The notes under the pieces are model-generated. The model was not told where the DNA came from. It was given only the letters and a program-made list of their open reading frames with translations, and made no database searches. From contig OW818675.1 in assembly GCA_942493095.1 (NCBI GenBank), positions 1,290,001-1,322,000 of the forward strand: DNA of 32,000 nt, in the 5' to 3' direction. Position 1 is the stretch's first letter, and every line of letters starts with the position of its first letter. Below, piece by piece: positions 16,862-25,372 of this stretch. Made by a program: the position numbers and the translations under genes. This DNA comes from Candidatus Electronema halotolerans. GTDB taxonomy: Bacteria; Desulfobacterota; Desulfobulbia; Desulfobulbales; Desulfobulbaceae.

Positions 16862-17181
16862 TTTCAATCTCCTTTTTCTCAACAGCCTTGTTTGGAACAG
16901 CTATAACGGAAAAACGCCACAATAAGAAACAGGTGCCTCATAGTTATTTTTCTTCACATTCAGCAATTTGTCAATAGCAATATATCGAGCAAACCAGTAA
17001 TTTTCATCATACTGTCAGATCATGGACAAACCCATTTTTTGCTGGTTGAGAAAAAATCGCAATGTTGTACCATGATAGCTCATTTTTTACGATATGGCAA
17101 GAGGAGCGCATTAAAGAACTGCCACACGACTCAGCAAATCAGAATGCAACTCAACTGCCGAAAAAAACTTACAAATCAGCC

Positions 17182-18048
17182 ATGAACGCATTTATCAGCA
17201 CCCTGCCCGCAACAGAAAGCGGGGAGGAAGCCTGCGCCTTCACTGCCCGCTGCCGGAACATGGGGTTGTTCCTTTGCACTGTCCTCATGCTGCTCATGCC
17301 GCTGCTCTTGGCAGCCGCTGCTGAACCGCCTCTTGTTCCTGAGCAGCAGGCCTTGGCGGTCATCAGCGCAGGGCAGGAGACCATGCACTTTGCCATCTCC
17401 TGGTCTGGCGGCATCAAAATCGGCGACCTGCGCCTCAGCCTTGCTTTGGCAGACAAAGGCGGCCTGCGCCTCACTGCCCGCGTCACCGACTACGGCCTGT
17501 TCCGGCTCGTCTATCCGGTTGATGACACCTTTGTCACCCGCATCCGCAGCCCGCTGCTCCTGCCGGAACGCTACGAGGTGACGCAGATTGAGCGGGGCAA
17601 GACTGTGCATCGCCTGACCCTTTATGACCAAAAGCACGGCAAAGTTGTCTATCAGCGGCAGGATGAGTCGCCGCAGAGCTGGCAGGTCAGCGGCCCGGTT
17701 TATAACGAGTTCTCCGCTTTTTTCATCACCCGCGCCCTGCGCTTGCAGCCGCAGGAGCGGCAGCTTGTGCCGACCTTTGCTGATAAGAAACGCCAGCTCG
17801 TGTCGGTCAAAGTCTATGGCCGGGAAGTCAGGGACAGCATTTTGGGCAGGGTGCGCACCATCAAGGTGCAGCCGAAGATGCGCTTCAAGGGACTCTACGA
17901 CAAGGACGGCGACACGGTCTTTTGGCTCACTGACGATGCCTGCCGGGTGCCGGTGGAAATCAGGTCAAAGATTCTCATCGGCTCCCTGACCGCCGAGCTG
18001 GTGGAATACAGCAATCCTGCCTGCCCGCAGCACAGCGGCAGACCATGA
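17182..18048 (+). CDS. DUF3108-family protein (secreted); start uncertain (17182 or 17260)
   Basis: The core is MHFAISWSGGIKIGDLRLSL...VYPVDDTF...LTLYDQKHGKVVYQ...YNEFSAFFITRAL. A hydrophobic leader MGLFLCTVLMLLMPLLLAAAA begins at 17260. No strong RBS precedes any candidate start. Confidence 0.7.
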   Translation: MNAFISTLPATESGEEACAFTARCRNMGLFLCTVLMLLMPLLLAAAAEPPLVPEQQALAVISAGQETMHFAISWSGGIKIGDLRLSLALADKGGLRLTARVTDYGLFRLVYPVDDTFVTRIRSPLLLPERYEVTQIERGKTVHRLTLYDQKHGKVVYQRQDESPQSWQVSGPVYNEFSAFFITRALRLQPQERQLVPTFADKKRQLVSVKVYGREVRDSILGRVRTIKVQPKMRFKGLYDKDGDTVFWLTDDACRVPVEIRSKILIGSLTAELVEYSNPACPQHSGRP

Positions 18049-20075
18049 AGAAACGCCTTCTTCTCCTGCTGCTGGCTGTCCTCATCTTTGCCGGGAGCGG
18101 TTTCTGGTTATACCTTCTCCAGCCGCTGCCGGACGGCATTCCTGTGCCCTGCTCGGCCCAAGCGGTTGATCAGCAGGGCAGACTGCTCCGGCTCTTCACC
18201 ACCGTTGACGGCTATTGGCGATTGCCCGCGCATTTAGACCATATTGACCCGCAGTTCACCCGCCTGCTCTTGGCCTGCGAGGACAAACGTTTCTGGTCGC
18301 ATCATGGCGTTGATCCGCTCGCTCTGGGCCGCGCCGTGCAACAGCTGATATGGCATGGCCGGATCATCTCCGGTGCTTCCACGATCACCATGCAAACCGT
18401 GCGCCTGCTTCATCCCCGGCCCCGCACCCTGCGCAGCAAGCTGATCGAAATGGCCGAGGCCCTGCGCTTGGAATGGCATCTGAGCAAACGGCAGATTCTC
18501 GAAACCTACCTGACCTTGGCACCCTATGGCGGCAACTTGGAAGGCATCGAGGCAGCTTGCCGTTTTTACTTTGAGAAAACGGCGGCCCAGCTCACGCCCT
18601 CTGAGGCGGCATTGCTGATCAGTCTGCCGCAGTCGCCGGAACGGCGGCGGCCTGACCGCCACCCGGACCAAGCCAAGGCGGCCCGCAACCAAGTGCTGGT
18701 CAGGCTCTTGGACAACGGGCAGCTCAGTGCCGAGCAGGCATCCTTGGCCCAAGCCCAGCCAGTGCCGGAGCGACGGCAGCGCGCCCCTTTTCTTGACCCG
18801 CAGCTCACTGGTCGGCTGCATGCCCTGTATCCGCACCGGGAACTGCTCCGAACCACGCTTGAGCAGCCGTTGCAGGAGAAGATGGAACGCATCGCCGCAC
18901 AGGCGCAGCAGCGGTTCAGCAGCCGGAAGCAGACGCTGGCTCTGCTGGTCGTGGACAATCAGAGCCGCCATGTGCTCGCTCATATCGGCTCCGGTGGCTG
19001 GCGGATCAGCAGCCTTGACCTGACCAAGGCACGTCGTTCGCCCGGCTCGGCCTTGAAGCCGTTCATCTATGGACTGGCCTTTGAGCAGGGCATTCTCCAC
19101 CCGGAAACCCTGATGTTGGATCAGCCGACACGCTTTGGCAGCTATGGCCCGGACAATTTTGACCGGCAACATCATGGCTGGATTCCGGCGCGGGAGGCCC
19201 TGCGCCGCTCCCTTAATCTGCCTGCGGTGCAGGTGCTGGACCGGCTGAGGCCGCAGCGGCTGGTGGCCCGCTTTGCCAAGCTGGGCGTAGTCTTGGGCAG
19301 CGGCAGACCGGAGGAGGAGCAGCCGGGCCTGTCCATTGCCTTGGGCGGCACCGCCATCACCCTGCGTGATCTGACTGCTCTTTATGCAGCCTTGGCCGAC
19401 CAGGGCCGCTACCTGCCCATCACCTTCAACCCTGCGGCCCGGCCCGGCCCGGAGCTGCGTCTGCTGGCTCCGACAGCCGCGTGGCAGATTGACCGCATTC
19501 TCCGCTCCATGCCCCGCTCAGGGGGCAGAATCCGCTACAAGACCGGCACCTCCTACGGCTTCCGCGATGCTTGGGCAATTGGCTACACCCAGCAGCACAC
19601 GGTCGGAGTCTGGGTCGGGCGGCCTGATGGCGGCTATGGCAAGCACCAGACCGGGGCCGCGCTGGCCGTGCCCATCCTCCTGCAAGTCTTTGCCGCTCTG
19701 CCGCAGCAGGCCGAAGAACTGGAGCGCATTCCTGCCGGAGTCAGGCGGCTGGCGCACAGCGAGCTGCCTCCGCATCTGCAATATTTCACGCAGTCAGCAC
19801 TGCCCGGACAGCCCAGCAGGCCGCATATCTATTTTCCTGTTGACGGCAGCACAGTGCAGCTTGGCAGCACGCCGCTTTTAGCTCTCAAGGCCCACGGCGG
19901 CGCACCGCCCTTCCACTGGCTGATCAACGGCCTGCCCCTGCCTGCGGAGCAGCAGAACGCCATTGCCTCCTGCGTCCCGCCGGGCGCGGGCATGACGGAA
20001 ATCACGCTGGTGGACAGCAGCGGCCAGCAGGACAAGGTCGCCGTGTGGGTGGAGATGGATGCGGCCATGCGTTGA
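18045..20075 (+). CDS. pbpC: Penicillin-binding protein 1C (bifunctional glycosyltransferase/transpeptidase family)
   Basis: The GT51 motifs EDKRFWSHHGVD and RKLIEMAEALRLE are present, along with the transpeptidase SxxK (SALKP) and the C-terminal PBP1C-specific domain. The ATG overlaps the DUF3108 stop (ATGA at 18045-18048). Confidence 0.9.
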   Translation: MKKRLLLLLLAVLIFAGSGFWLYLLQPLPDGIPVPCSAQAVDQQGRLLRLFTTVDGYWRLPAHLDHIDPQFTRLLLACEDKRFWSHHGVDPLALGRAVQQLIWHGRIISGASTITMQTVRLLHPRPRTLRSKLIEMAEALRLEWHLSKRQILETYLTLAPYGGNLEGIEAACRFYFEKTAAQLTPSEAALLISLPQSPERRRPDRHPDQAKAARNQVLVRLLDNGQLSAEQASLAQAQPVPERRQRAPFLDPQLTGRLHALYPHRELLRTTLEQPLQEKMERIAAQAQQRFSSRKQTLALLVVDNQSRHVLAHIGSGGWRISSLDLTKARRSPGSALKPFIYGLAFEQGILHPETLMLDQPTRFGSYGPDNFDRQHHGWIPAREALRRSLNLPAVQVLDRLRPQRLVARFAKLGVVLGSGRPEEEQPGLSIALGGTAITLRDLTALYAALADQGRYLPITFNPAARPGPELRLLAPTAAWQIDRILRSMPRSGGRIRYKTGTSYGFRDAWAIGYTQQHTVGVWVGRPDGGYGKHQTGAALAVPILLQVFAALPQQAEELERIPAGVRRLAHSELPPHLQYFTQSALPGQPSRPHIYFPVDGSTVQLGSTPLLALKAHGGAPPFHWLINGLPLPAEQQNAIASCVPPGAGMTEITLVDSSGQQDKVAVWVEMDAAMR

Positions 20076-20085
20076 GAGCAGGAGG

Positions 20086-21546
20086 TCAAACGTGGACTTT
20101 GACTAACGTGCGGAGTCGTTCCAGCAGCTTTGCATGAATATTGTCAAATCCGCCATTGGAAAGAATGGCGATGACATCACCGCCCTGAACCTGTGCTAAG
20201 AGAAAAGCAAGAATCTCGTCCGTATCCGGGAAATACTCCGCCTGAATCCCTTGCCTCTTCAGAGCTGCTGCAAGCTGCTGCGAAGAAAAGCTGTCACCCT
20301 GCGCGGCCTGAGCAAGCGGGACAATCTCCCGGACAAGCACCATGTCCGCCCCGTTGAAAGCGGTCTCATAGTCGTGCTGAAAGACCGCCCGGCGGCTGGT
20401 GTTGGTGCGCGGTTCAAAGACCACCAGCAGACGGCGTTCCGGCCAGGCCAGCCGCAGCGCGCTGATGGTCTCCCGCACCGCAGTGGGATGATGGGCAAAA
20501 TCATCAATCACCGTGATGCCATTGACCTCGCCCCTGATCTGCTGCCGCCGCTTCACGCCCTCAAAGGTGGCCAGCCCGTGCTGAATTTCCTCTGCGCTCA
20601 GGCCGACATGCTCCAGCAGGGCAATCACGGCCAAGGCATTGAGCGCGTTATGCTTTCCCGGCATGGGCAGAAAAAACTCACCGAACAAGCTGCCATCCTT
20701 GTGCGCGGCAAAGGTTGCGCTGAGTCCCTTGGCTGTGAAATCCTTCAGTTGCCAGCGGCAATTTGCATCCCTGCCGTAGCTGATCACCCTTCCGGGACAA
20801 AGGGAAGCAATTTCCTCCACTAACGGATCATCCATGCAGCAGACCAACGCGCCTTCTGCTGGAATAAGCTGAACAAACTGGCGGAAGGAAGCCTTGATCT
20901 GCTCCAAATCGGCGAAAATGTCGGCATGATCAAACTCAATTGAGGTGAGAATGGCGTAATAGGGCCGGTAGTGGAGAAACTTGGACACCTTGTTGAAAAA
21001 GGCGGTGTCGTACTCATCCCCTTCAATGACAAAAAATTCGCTTTCGCCGATGCGGTAATTGCTGCTGAATGCCTCAACAATGCCGCCGATGAAAAAGCCG
21101 GGCGAGCGGTCAGCCCGGTGCAGGGCTGTGGCCAAGAGCGAGGAAGTTGTGGTCTTGCCGTGGGTGCCTGCCACGACCATCGGCCTGATGCTGTCAGGCA
21201 AAAAGAAATGCCTCAGAGCTTGGGGCATGGACAGATACGGAATGCGCAGCTCGGCCAGCCGTTCGGTTTCCGGGTAAATAGCCCGGATGACATTGCCGAC
21301 AATGACCAAGTCTGGGCGCGGCTCCAAGTTCTCCGGCCTGTAGCCCTGCATGACCGCGATGCCGCTGCGGGCAAGAAAGTCCGACATGGGCGGATAGACG
21401 TTCTGATCTGAGCCGCTGACCCTGTAGCCGCGCTCCTTGAGCATTCCGGCCAAGGCCGCCATTGCCGTGCCGCAGATGCCCATGAGATGCACGTGCCGAA
21501 TCTGCTCCGGCGCATGGTTGAGCTGCGGCTCAAGCTGCGCTGTCAT
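20086..21546 (-). CDS. mpl: UDP-N-acetylmuramate:L-alanyl-gamma-D-glutamyl-meso-diaminopimelate ligase (murein peptide recycling)
   Basis: The sequence HVHLMGICGTAMAALAGMLKERGYRVSGSDQNVYPPMS matches the Mpl N-terminus. The Mur-ligase P-loop AGTHGKTTT is present, and the size is 486 aa. Confidence 0.88.
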   Translation of the reverse strand: MTAQLEPQLNHAPEQIRHVHLMGICGTAMAALAGMLKERGYRVSGSDQNVYPPMSDFLARSGIAVMQGYRPENLEPRPDLVIVGNVIRAIYPETERLAELRIPYLSMPQALRHFFLPDSIRPMVVAGTHGKTTTSSLLATALHRADRSPGFFIGGIVEAFSSNYRIGESEFFVIEGDEYDTAFFNKVSKFLHYRPYYAILTSIEFDHADIFADLEQIKASFRQFVQLIPAEGALVCCMDDPLVEEIASLCPGRVISYGRDANCRWQLKDFTAKGLSATFAAHKDGSLFGEFFLPMPGKHNALNALAVIALLEHVGLSAEEIQHGLATFEGVKRRQQIRGEVNGITVIDDFAHHPTAVRETISALRLAWPERRLLVVFEPRTNTSRRAVFQHDYETAFNGADMVLVREIVPLAQAAQGDSFSSQQLAAALKRQGIQAEYFPDTDEILAFLLAQVQGGDVIAILSNGGFDNIHAKLLERLRTLVKVHV

Positions 21547-21736
21547 GATGCAGCTCCTCTGCTGACTGCTTCACGGTCTTGAAAATTTTCTCGTAATTTT
21601 CCTCAAAATTGCCCGGAGTTACCCTGCCGATTTCAATGAATTTGACCATGATTTCCTTGGTTGTTTTCAAAATAGCCTCATCGGTCACAGGACGGGTGAA
21701 GGACGGTCTTTTCTGCTGCTCAGGCATGATGTTCAT
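21530..21736 (-). CDS. Small hypothetical protein upstream of and overlapping mpl
   Basis: The ORF overlaps the mpl start by 17 nt. The start is uncertain (21736 or 21727) and has no clear RBS. The family was not recognised. Confidence 0.4.
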   Translation of the reverse strand: MNIMPEQQKRPSFTRPVTDEAILKTTKEIMVKFIEIGRVTPGNFEENYEKIFKTVKQSAEELHHDSAA

Positions 21737-22043
21737 GAAAAAGAAGGGATGCAAAGAACCCCTGCCGCCGCGAAGAAGGCCAATTCCAGTTTGGCGGCAA
21801 GGGCTGTCTCACACAGGAAAAACCTTTTCAGCACTTCCTGGGAGGAAAAAATGACTGCGGGTTTTATACTCCATGCCTGCCAGCGGCGCAAGGGCTGGGA
21901 CGGCAGTCCTGACGGCTGTCTCCCCATTTTTCATGCCAAGAAAAACCGTCAGCCACAGGAGAACTCTTGCCAAGCCGGGTTTGCCGGAATATTATGGCCA
22001 AAGCGGATTTTTCGCTGGAACTGCTTATTCAAGGAGAGAGGGC

Positions 22044-22670
22044 GTGAAACTGACAGGGCGTGTGTGTATCACTGGCCTGCTGGGGCTGGCGGTTCTGACC
22101 GGCGGCTGCGGCAGGATGAGGGACAACAGACTTGAGCAGCCTGCTTTCAAGCTGCAATGCGCGGCAGTGCTGCCTGCGCAGGCTGCGGCTGATGCAGACC
22201 AGCCGCTGACCGCTGCCGAGGAGCGGCTGCTGCGGCAGGAGGCTGAGGTCTTGGATAAGGTCTTGAGTGATCATTTCGCAGGCAGAAATGACATCAAAAT
22301 GATCAGTCACGAGCAGGCTGGAAAGGCTGTCGGCCCTCGGCAGGCTTTGGAGCGGGCCAAGAGGATTGCGGCCCAGTCCGGCTGCAATGCAGTGCTGGAG
22401 ACTGCCGCGCATCGCTACAAGGAGCGGGTTGGCGGCGAATATGCTGCTGAGGAGCCTGCGGCTGCCGCCTTTTCCTGGCGGCTTCTGGCCATGCCGGAAG
22501 GCGAGGTGCTCTGTCATGGCCGCTTTGACGAGGAGCAGCAGCCGCTCTTTGCCAACCTGCTCAATTTTGGCCGCAGCGCGGAAAATTCCTTCACTTGGGT
22601 GACAGCGGAACGGCTGCTGTCCCAAAATTTGCGCGAGCAGCTTGCGGACTGTCCGTATTTGAAAAAATAA
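22044..22670 (+). CDS. Putative lipoprotein of unknown function
   Basis: A GTG at 22044 is preceded by a GGAGAGAGGG RBS. The lipobox-type signal is VKLTGRVCITGLLGLAVLTGGC. Confidence 0.6.
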   Translation: MKLTGRVCITGLLGLAVLTGGCGRMRDNRLEQPAFKLQCAAVLPAQAAADADQPLTAAEERLLRQEAEVLDKVLSDHFAGRNDIKMISHEQAGKAVGPRQALERAKRIAAQSGCNAVLETAAHRYKERVGGEYAAEEPAAAAFSWRLLAMPEGEVLCHGRFDEEQQPLFANLLNFGRSAENSFTWVTAERLLSQNLREQLADCPYLKK

Positions 22671-22697
22671 CCTGACCGCCACACTGCTGTCCTGCGC

Positions 22698-23462
22698 ATG
22701 AGAGGCATTCTCACGGCTGGCCAAAACCGGCGTGTTGCCCAAGCCATGCTTGCTTACCAGATGCTGGCGGCAGGCGACCGGGTGCTGATCGCCGTGTCCG
22801 GCGGCCTTGACTCCTTGGTCTTGGCATGGCTCCTGCATGACTGGCAGCGGAAAACGCCTTTTGTCTATGATGTGCAGGCCGTGCATATTGACATGGCAGC
22901 AGGCGATGGCCAGCCCGGCTGTCGGGCGGCGCAGACTGCGGCGCAGTTGGCCGCGCTCGGCATTCCCTGCACGATTTTGCCCGCAGAACAGCCGATCAGG
23001 CTGACTGAAGGAGCTGATCCGAAAGGAATTTGCCATCACTGCGCCCGCGCCCGGCGGCGGCAGCTCTTTGAGCTGGCTCGGCAGGAGGGCTTCAGCAGCC
23101 TGGCTCTGGGGCATCATCGGGACGACATTGTGGAAACCTTTTTCATCAACCTCACGTCTGGCGGCAATATCAGCACCATGCGCCCCAAGCAGGAGCTGTT
23201 CTCTGGCAGGCTGGCCCTGCTCCGGCCCTTGGCCTATTTGTGCAAGGAGGAGATACAGGCCATTGCCCAGCGGCTGGGGCTGACAGCAGTGCCTTCCAAC
23301 TGCCCCTTGGCGGAGCAGACCCGACGAACCGACATCCGCAGTCTGCTGGCGCATATTTACCAGCAGCTTCCCGGCAGCCGGGAGCAGATATTTGCCGCGC
23401 TCGGCAATGTGCGGTCAGAATACTTATTGATTCAGGAAGATCACCATGCGGACAAGTCTTGA
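22698..23462 (+). CDS. PP-loop ATPase of the TtcA / tRNA-thiolation family
   Basis: The PP-loop IAVSGGLDSLVLAWLL is present. The motif CHHCARARRRQLF resembles the TtcA CxxC-xx-RR motif. Confidence 0.78.
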   Translation: MRGILTAGQNRRVAQAMLAYQMLAAGDRVLIAVSGGLDSLVLAWLLHDWQRKTPFVYDVQAVHIDMAAGDGQPGCRAAQTAAQLAALGIPCTILPAEQPIRLTEGADPKGICHHCARARRRQLFELARQEGFSSLALGHHRDDIVETFFINLTSGGNISTMRPKQELFSGRLALLRPLAYLCKEEIQAIAQRLGLTAVPSNCPLAEQTRRTDIRSLLAHIYQQLPGSREQIFAALGNVRSEYLLIQEDHHADKS

Positions 23463-24333
23463 TTGTCTGGTTTGTTATCTCCGCCAGGCCAGATCGCTGG
23501 GCCTGCGCACCAGCACGGATTTGGCAGTGCAGCGGCGGCTGCTGGACGAGACAGGCCGATTTCTTGCCACAGTTGACACTGACCTGCCGCCGCCGGAAAA
23601 TTCAGGCCGTCTCTATCCGCTCTTTGCCAAGGTTTTAGGAACAGCTGATCCCTTTGCTCAAGTCAAGGAGGAGAGCAATGCCTTGGCTCTGTCCCTGCGT
23701 GAGGAAATCCGCCAGCGGATTGAGCAGGCTGATGATTCGCTGCGGGCGGCAGTGCGGGCTGCGATTGGCGGCAATATTATTGATTACGGCTCACTGCACA
23801 ATTTTGATGTGGCGCAGACCATGCAGGACTGCTTTGCCCGCGACTTTGCTGTAGATGACTATCCGGCCCTGCGGCAGGCGGTCAGCACAAAAGGGCGGAA
23901 AGTTCTTTATCTCTGCGACAACAGCGGCGAGATTGTCTTTGACGGCCTGCTGATTGAGCAGCTTCAGCAGCTGGGCTGCCACGTCACGACAGCAGTGCGC
24001 GAATCGCCGATTATTAACGATGCCACTTTGGCCGATGCCCGCGCCTGCGGCTTGGATCAACTCTGCCCGGTGATCAGCAGCGGCATGTCCTGTCCAGGCA
24101 CAGTGCTGTCGCAGTGCAGCGAGGAATTTCTGACCCATTTTCAAGCTGCTGACCTGATCATCAGCAAGGGCATGGGCAATTTTGAAAGCCTGTCTGATCA
24201 GGCCGCGCCGCTCTTTTTTCTGCTTACCGTTAAATGCGCTGAGGTGGTTCGGTATATCCAAGAGAAGCGGCAGCTTGCCCCCGGCATCTTACAGGGCAAG
24301 GGCGAGATGGTTCTGCTGCGGCAGCAGCTCTGA
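23446..24333 (+). CDS. DUF89 / ARMT1-like damage-control phosphatase family protein
   Basis: The N-terminal SLDCLVCYLRQA motif is present, with CDNSGEIVFDGLLIE and ISKGMGNFESL motifs further on. The gene overlaps the upstream gene by 17 nt. Confidence 0.78.
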   Translation: MRTSLDCLVCYLRQARSLGLRTSTDLAVQRRLLDETGRFLATVDTDLPPPENSGRLYPLFAKVLGTADPFAQVKEESNALALSLREEIRQRIEQADDSLRAAVRAAIGGNIIDYGSLHNFDVAQTMQDCFARDFAVDDYPALRQAVSTKGRKVLYLCDNSGEIVFDGLLIEQLQQLGCHVTTAVRESPIINDATLADARACGLDQLCPVISSGMSCPGTVLSQCSEEFLTHFQAADLIISKGMGNFESLSDQAAPLFFLLTVKCAEVVRYIQEKRQLAPGILQGKGEMVLLRQQL

Positions 24334-24440
24334 TAGCAAAGGAAAGAATGGCCTGCTTCCTGCGGAACAGGCTGTGGTGATGTCAACATAATCAGATGGT
24401 GCAGGAAAAAACCGTCTGATACAAACTCTGCATAACGATT

Positions 24441-25160
24441 ATGAACAAGAATGGCATAGAGAAAGTCTATAATCAATATTCGGCTGTGTATGATAAAATA
24501 TTTGGCCGGGTCTATGAGAATGGACGCAATGAAGCAGTCAAGATGATCTCGCTAAATGGCCAAGAACAAATCTTGGAGATCGGAGTCGGCACCGGCATCA
24601 GCCTGACTAAATATCCAAAAAATGTTGGCATCGTCGGCATTGATCTGTCTAAAGACATGCTGGAAAAAGCCAAAGACCGGGTGAATAAATACGGACTGAA
24701 TAATGTTGAGCTGAAAATAGAAAATGCGGAGGAGATGTCCTTTGCCGAGAATCAGTTTGACAAGGTCATCATCATGTATGTCCTTTCTGTTACGCCCAAT
24801 CCTGAGCGGCTCATCGACAAGGCCTTCAGTGTCTGCAAGGAGGGCGGTGAAGTTCTTATCGTCAATCATTTCAGCAAGCGACGTGCTCTGCGCAAATTTG
24901 CCGACTATGACTTTCTTCAGCGGGTGGAGCGCAGGCTCGGCTTCCGGGTCTATTTCCCTATGGACAAGTATATTCAGCACATCAACCGGCTGGGCTATTC
25001 CTTAGTTGAGGTGAAAAAAGTCAACTACGGTTTGTCGCGCATCATCCGGGTCAGGAAGGAGCGGACAGGCGCGCAGCCGCATTTTGATGACTGCGCGATG
25101 CCGATCATGCCGCCGCCCGCCTCGGTTGTTGACCGCCCGCTCAACGGCCAGAGAATCTGA
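24441..25160 (+). CDS. Class I SAM-dependent methyltransferase (PmtA/UbiE-like)
   Basis: Motif I is ILEIGVGTGISL. It is followed by GIDLSKDMLEKAKDRV and FDKVIIMYVLSVTPNPERL. The gene body is AT-rich and the last ~100 nt are GC-rich. Confidence 0.8.
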   Translation: MNKNGIEKVYNQYSAVYDKIFGRVYENGRNEAVKMISLNGQEQILEIGVGTGISLTKYPKNVGIVGIDLSKDMLEKAKDRVNKYGLNNVELKIENAEEMSFAENQFDKVIIMYVLSVTPNPERLIDKAFSVCKEGGEVLIVNHFSKRRALRKFADYDFLQRVERRLGFRVYFPMDKYIQHINRLGYSLVEVKKVNYGLSRIIRVRKERTGAQPHFDDCAMPIMPPPASVVDRPLNGQRI

Positions 25161-25181
25161 GCGCAGGCAGGATGCCTGATG

Positions 25182-25298
25182 CGAAGCTGTCATGATACGT
25201 ATAACGAATCTGTCATTATAGGTGTCATGACTTTGTCGTTATAGGTATAACGAAGCTGTCGTGATACCTATCATGAATTTGCCGTGATATGTATCATG
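25182..25298. repeat. Five 23-bp tandem units, each containing a 16-bp imperfect palindrome CRTKATA-NN-TATMAYG
   Basis: The palindromes start at 25191, 25214, 25237, 25260 and 25283, exactly 23 bp apart. Unit 3, CGTTATA-GG-TATAACG, is a perfect 7-2-7 dyad. The spacers are AAKCTGT-like. Confidence 0.9.
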
Positions 25299-25372
25299 AC
25301 GCAAAAAGGCTTGGCATGTTTGACGCGGGCAGATTGGAGCAGAGAGCAGACGGACAGAGCATCTGAGTACAC

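Noticed and set aside
18234-19175. A 313-aa ORF on the minus strand.
   Set aside because: It is antisense to pbpC, whose GT51 and transpeptidase motifs are unambiguous.
21749-22135. A 128-aa ORF with an internal ATG at 21851 preceded by a strong GGGAGG RBS.
   Set aside because: Its translation is Trp/Cys/Arg-rich and not protein-like. It overlaps the lipoprotein gene start in another frame. Only expression data could rescue it.
22029-23354. A 441-aa ORF on the minus strand.
   Set aside because: It is antisense to the lipoprotein and TtcA-like genes, both of which have clear motifs and signals. Its low-complexity R/Q/G/P/L-rich translation indicates a spurious long ORF in GC-rich DNA.
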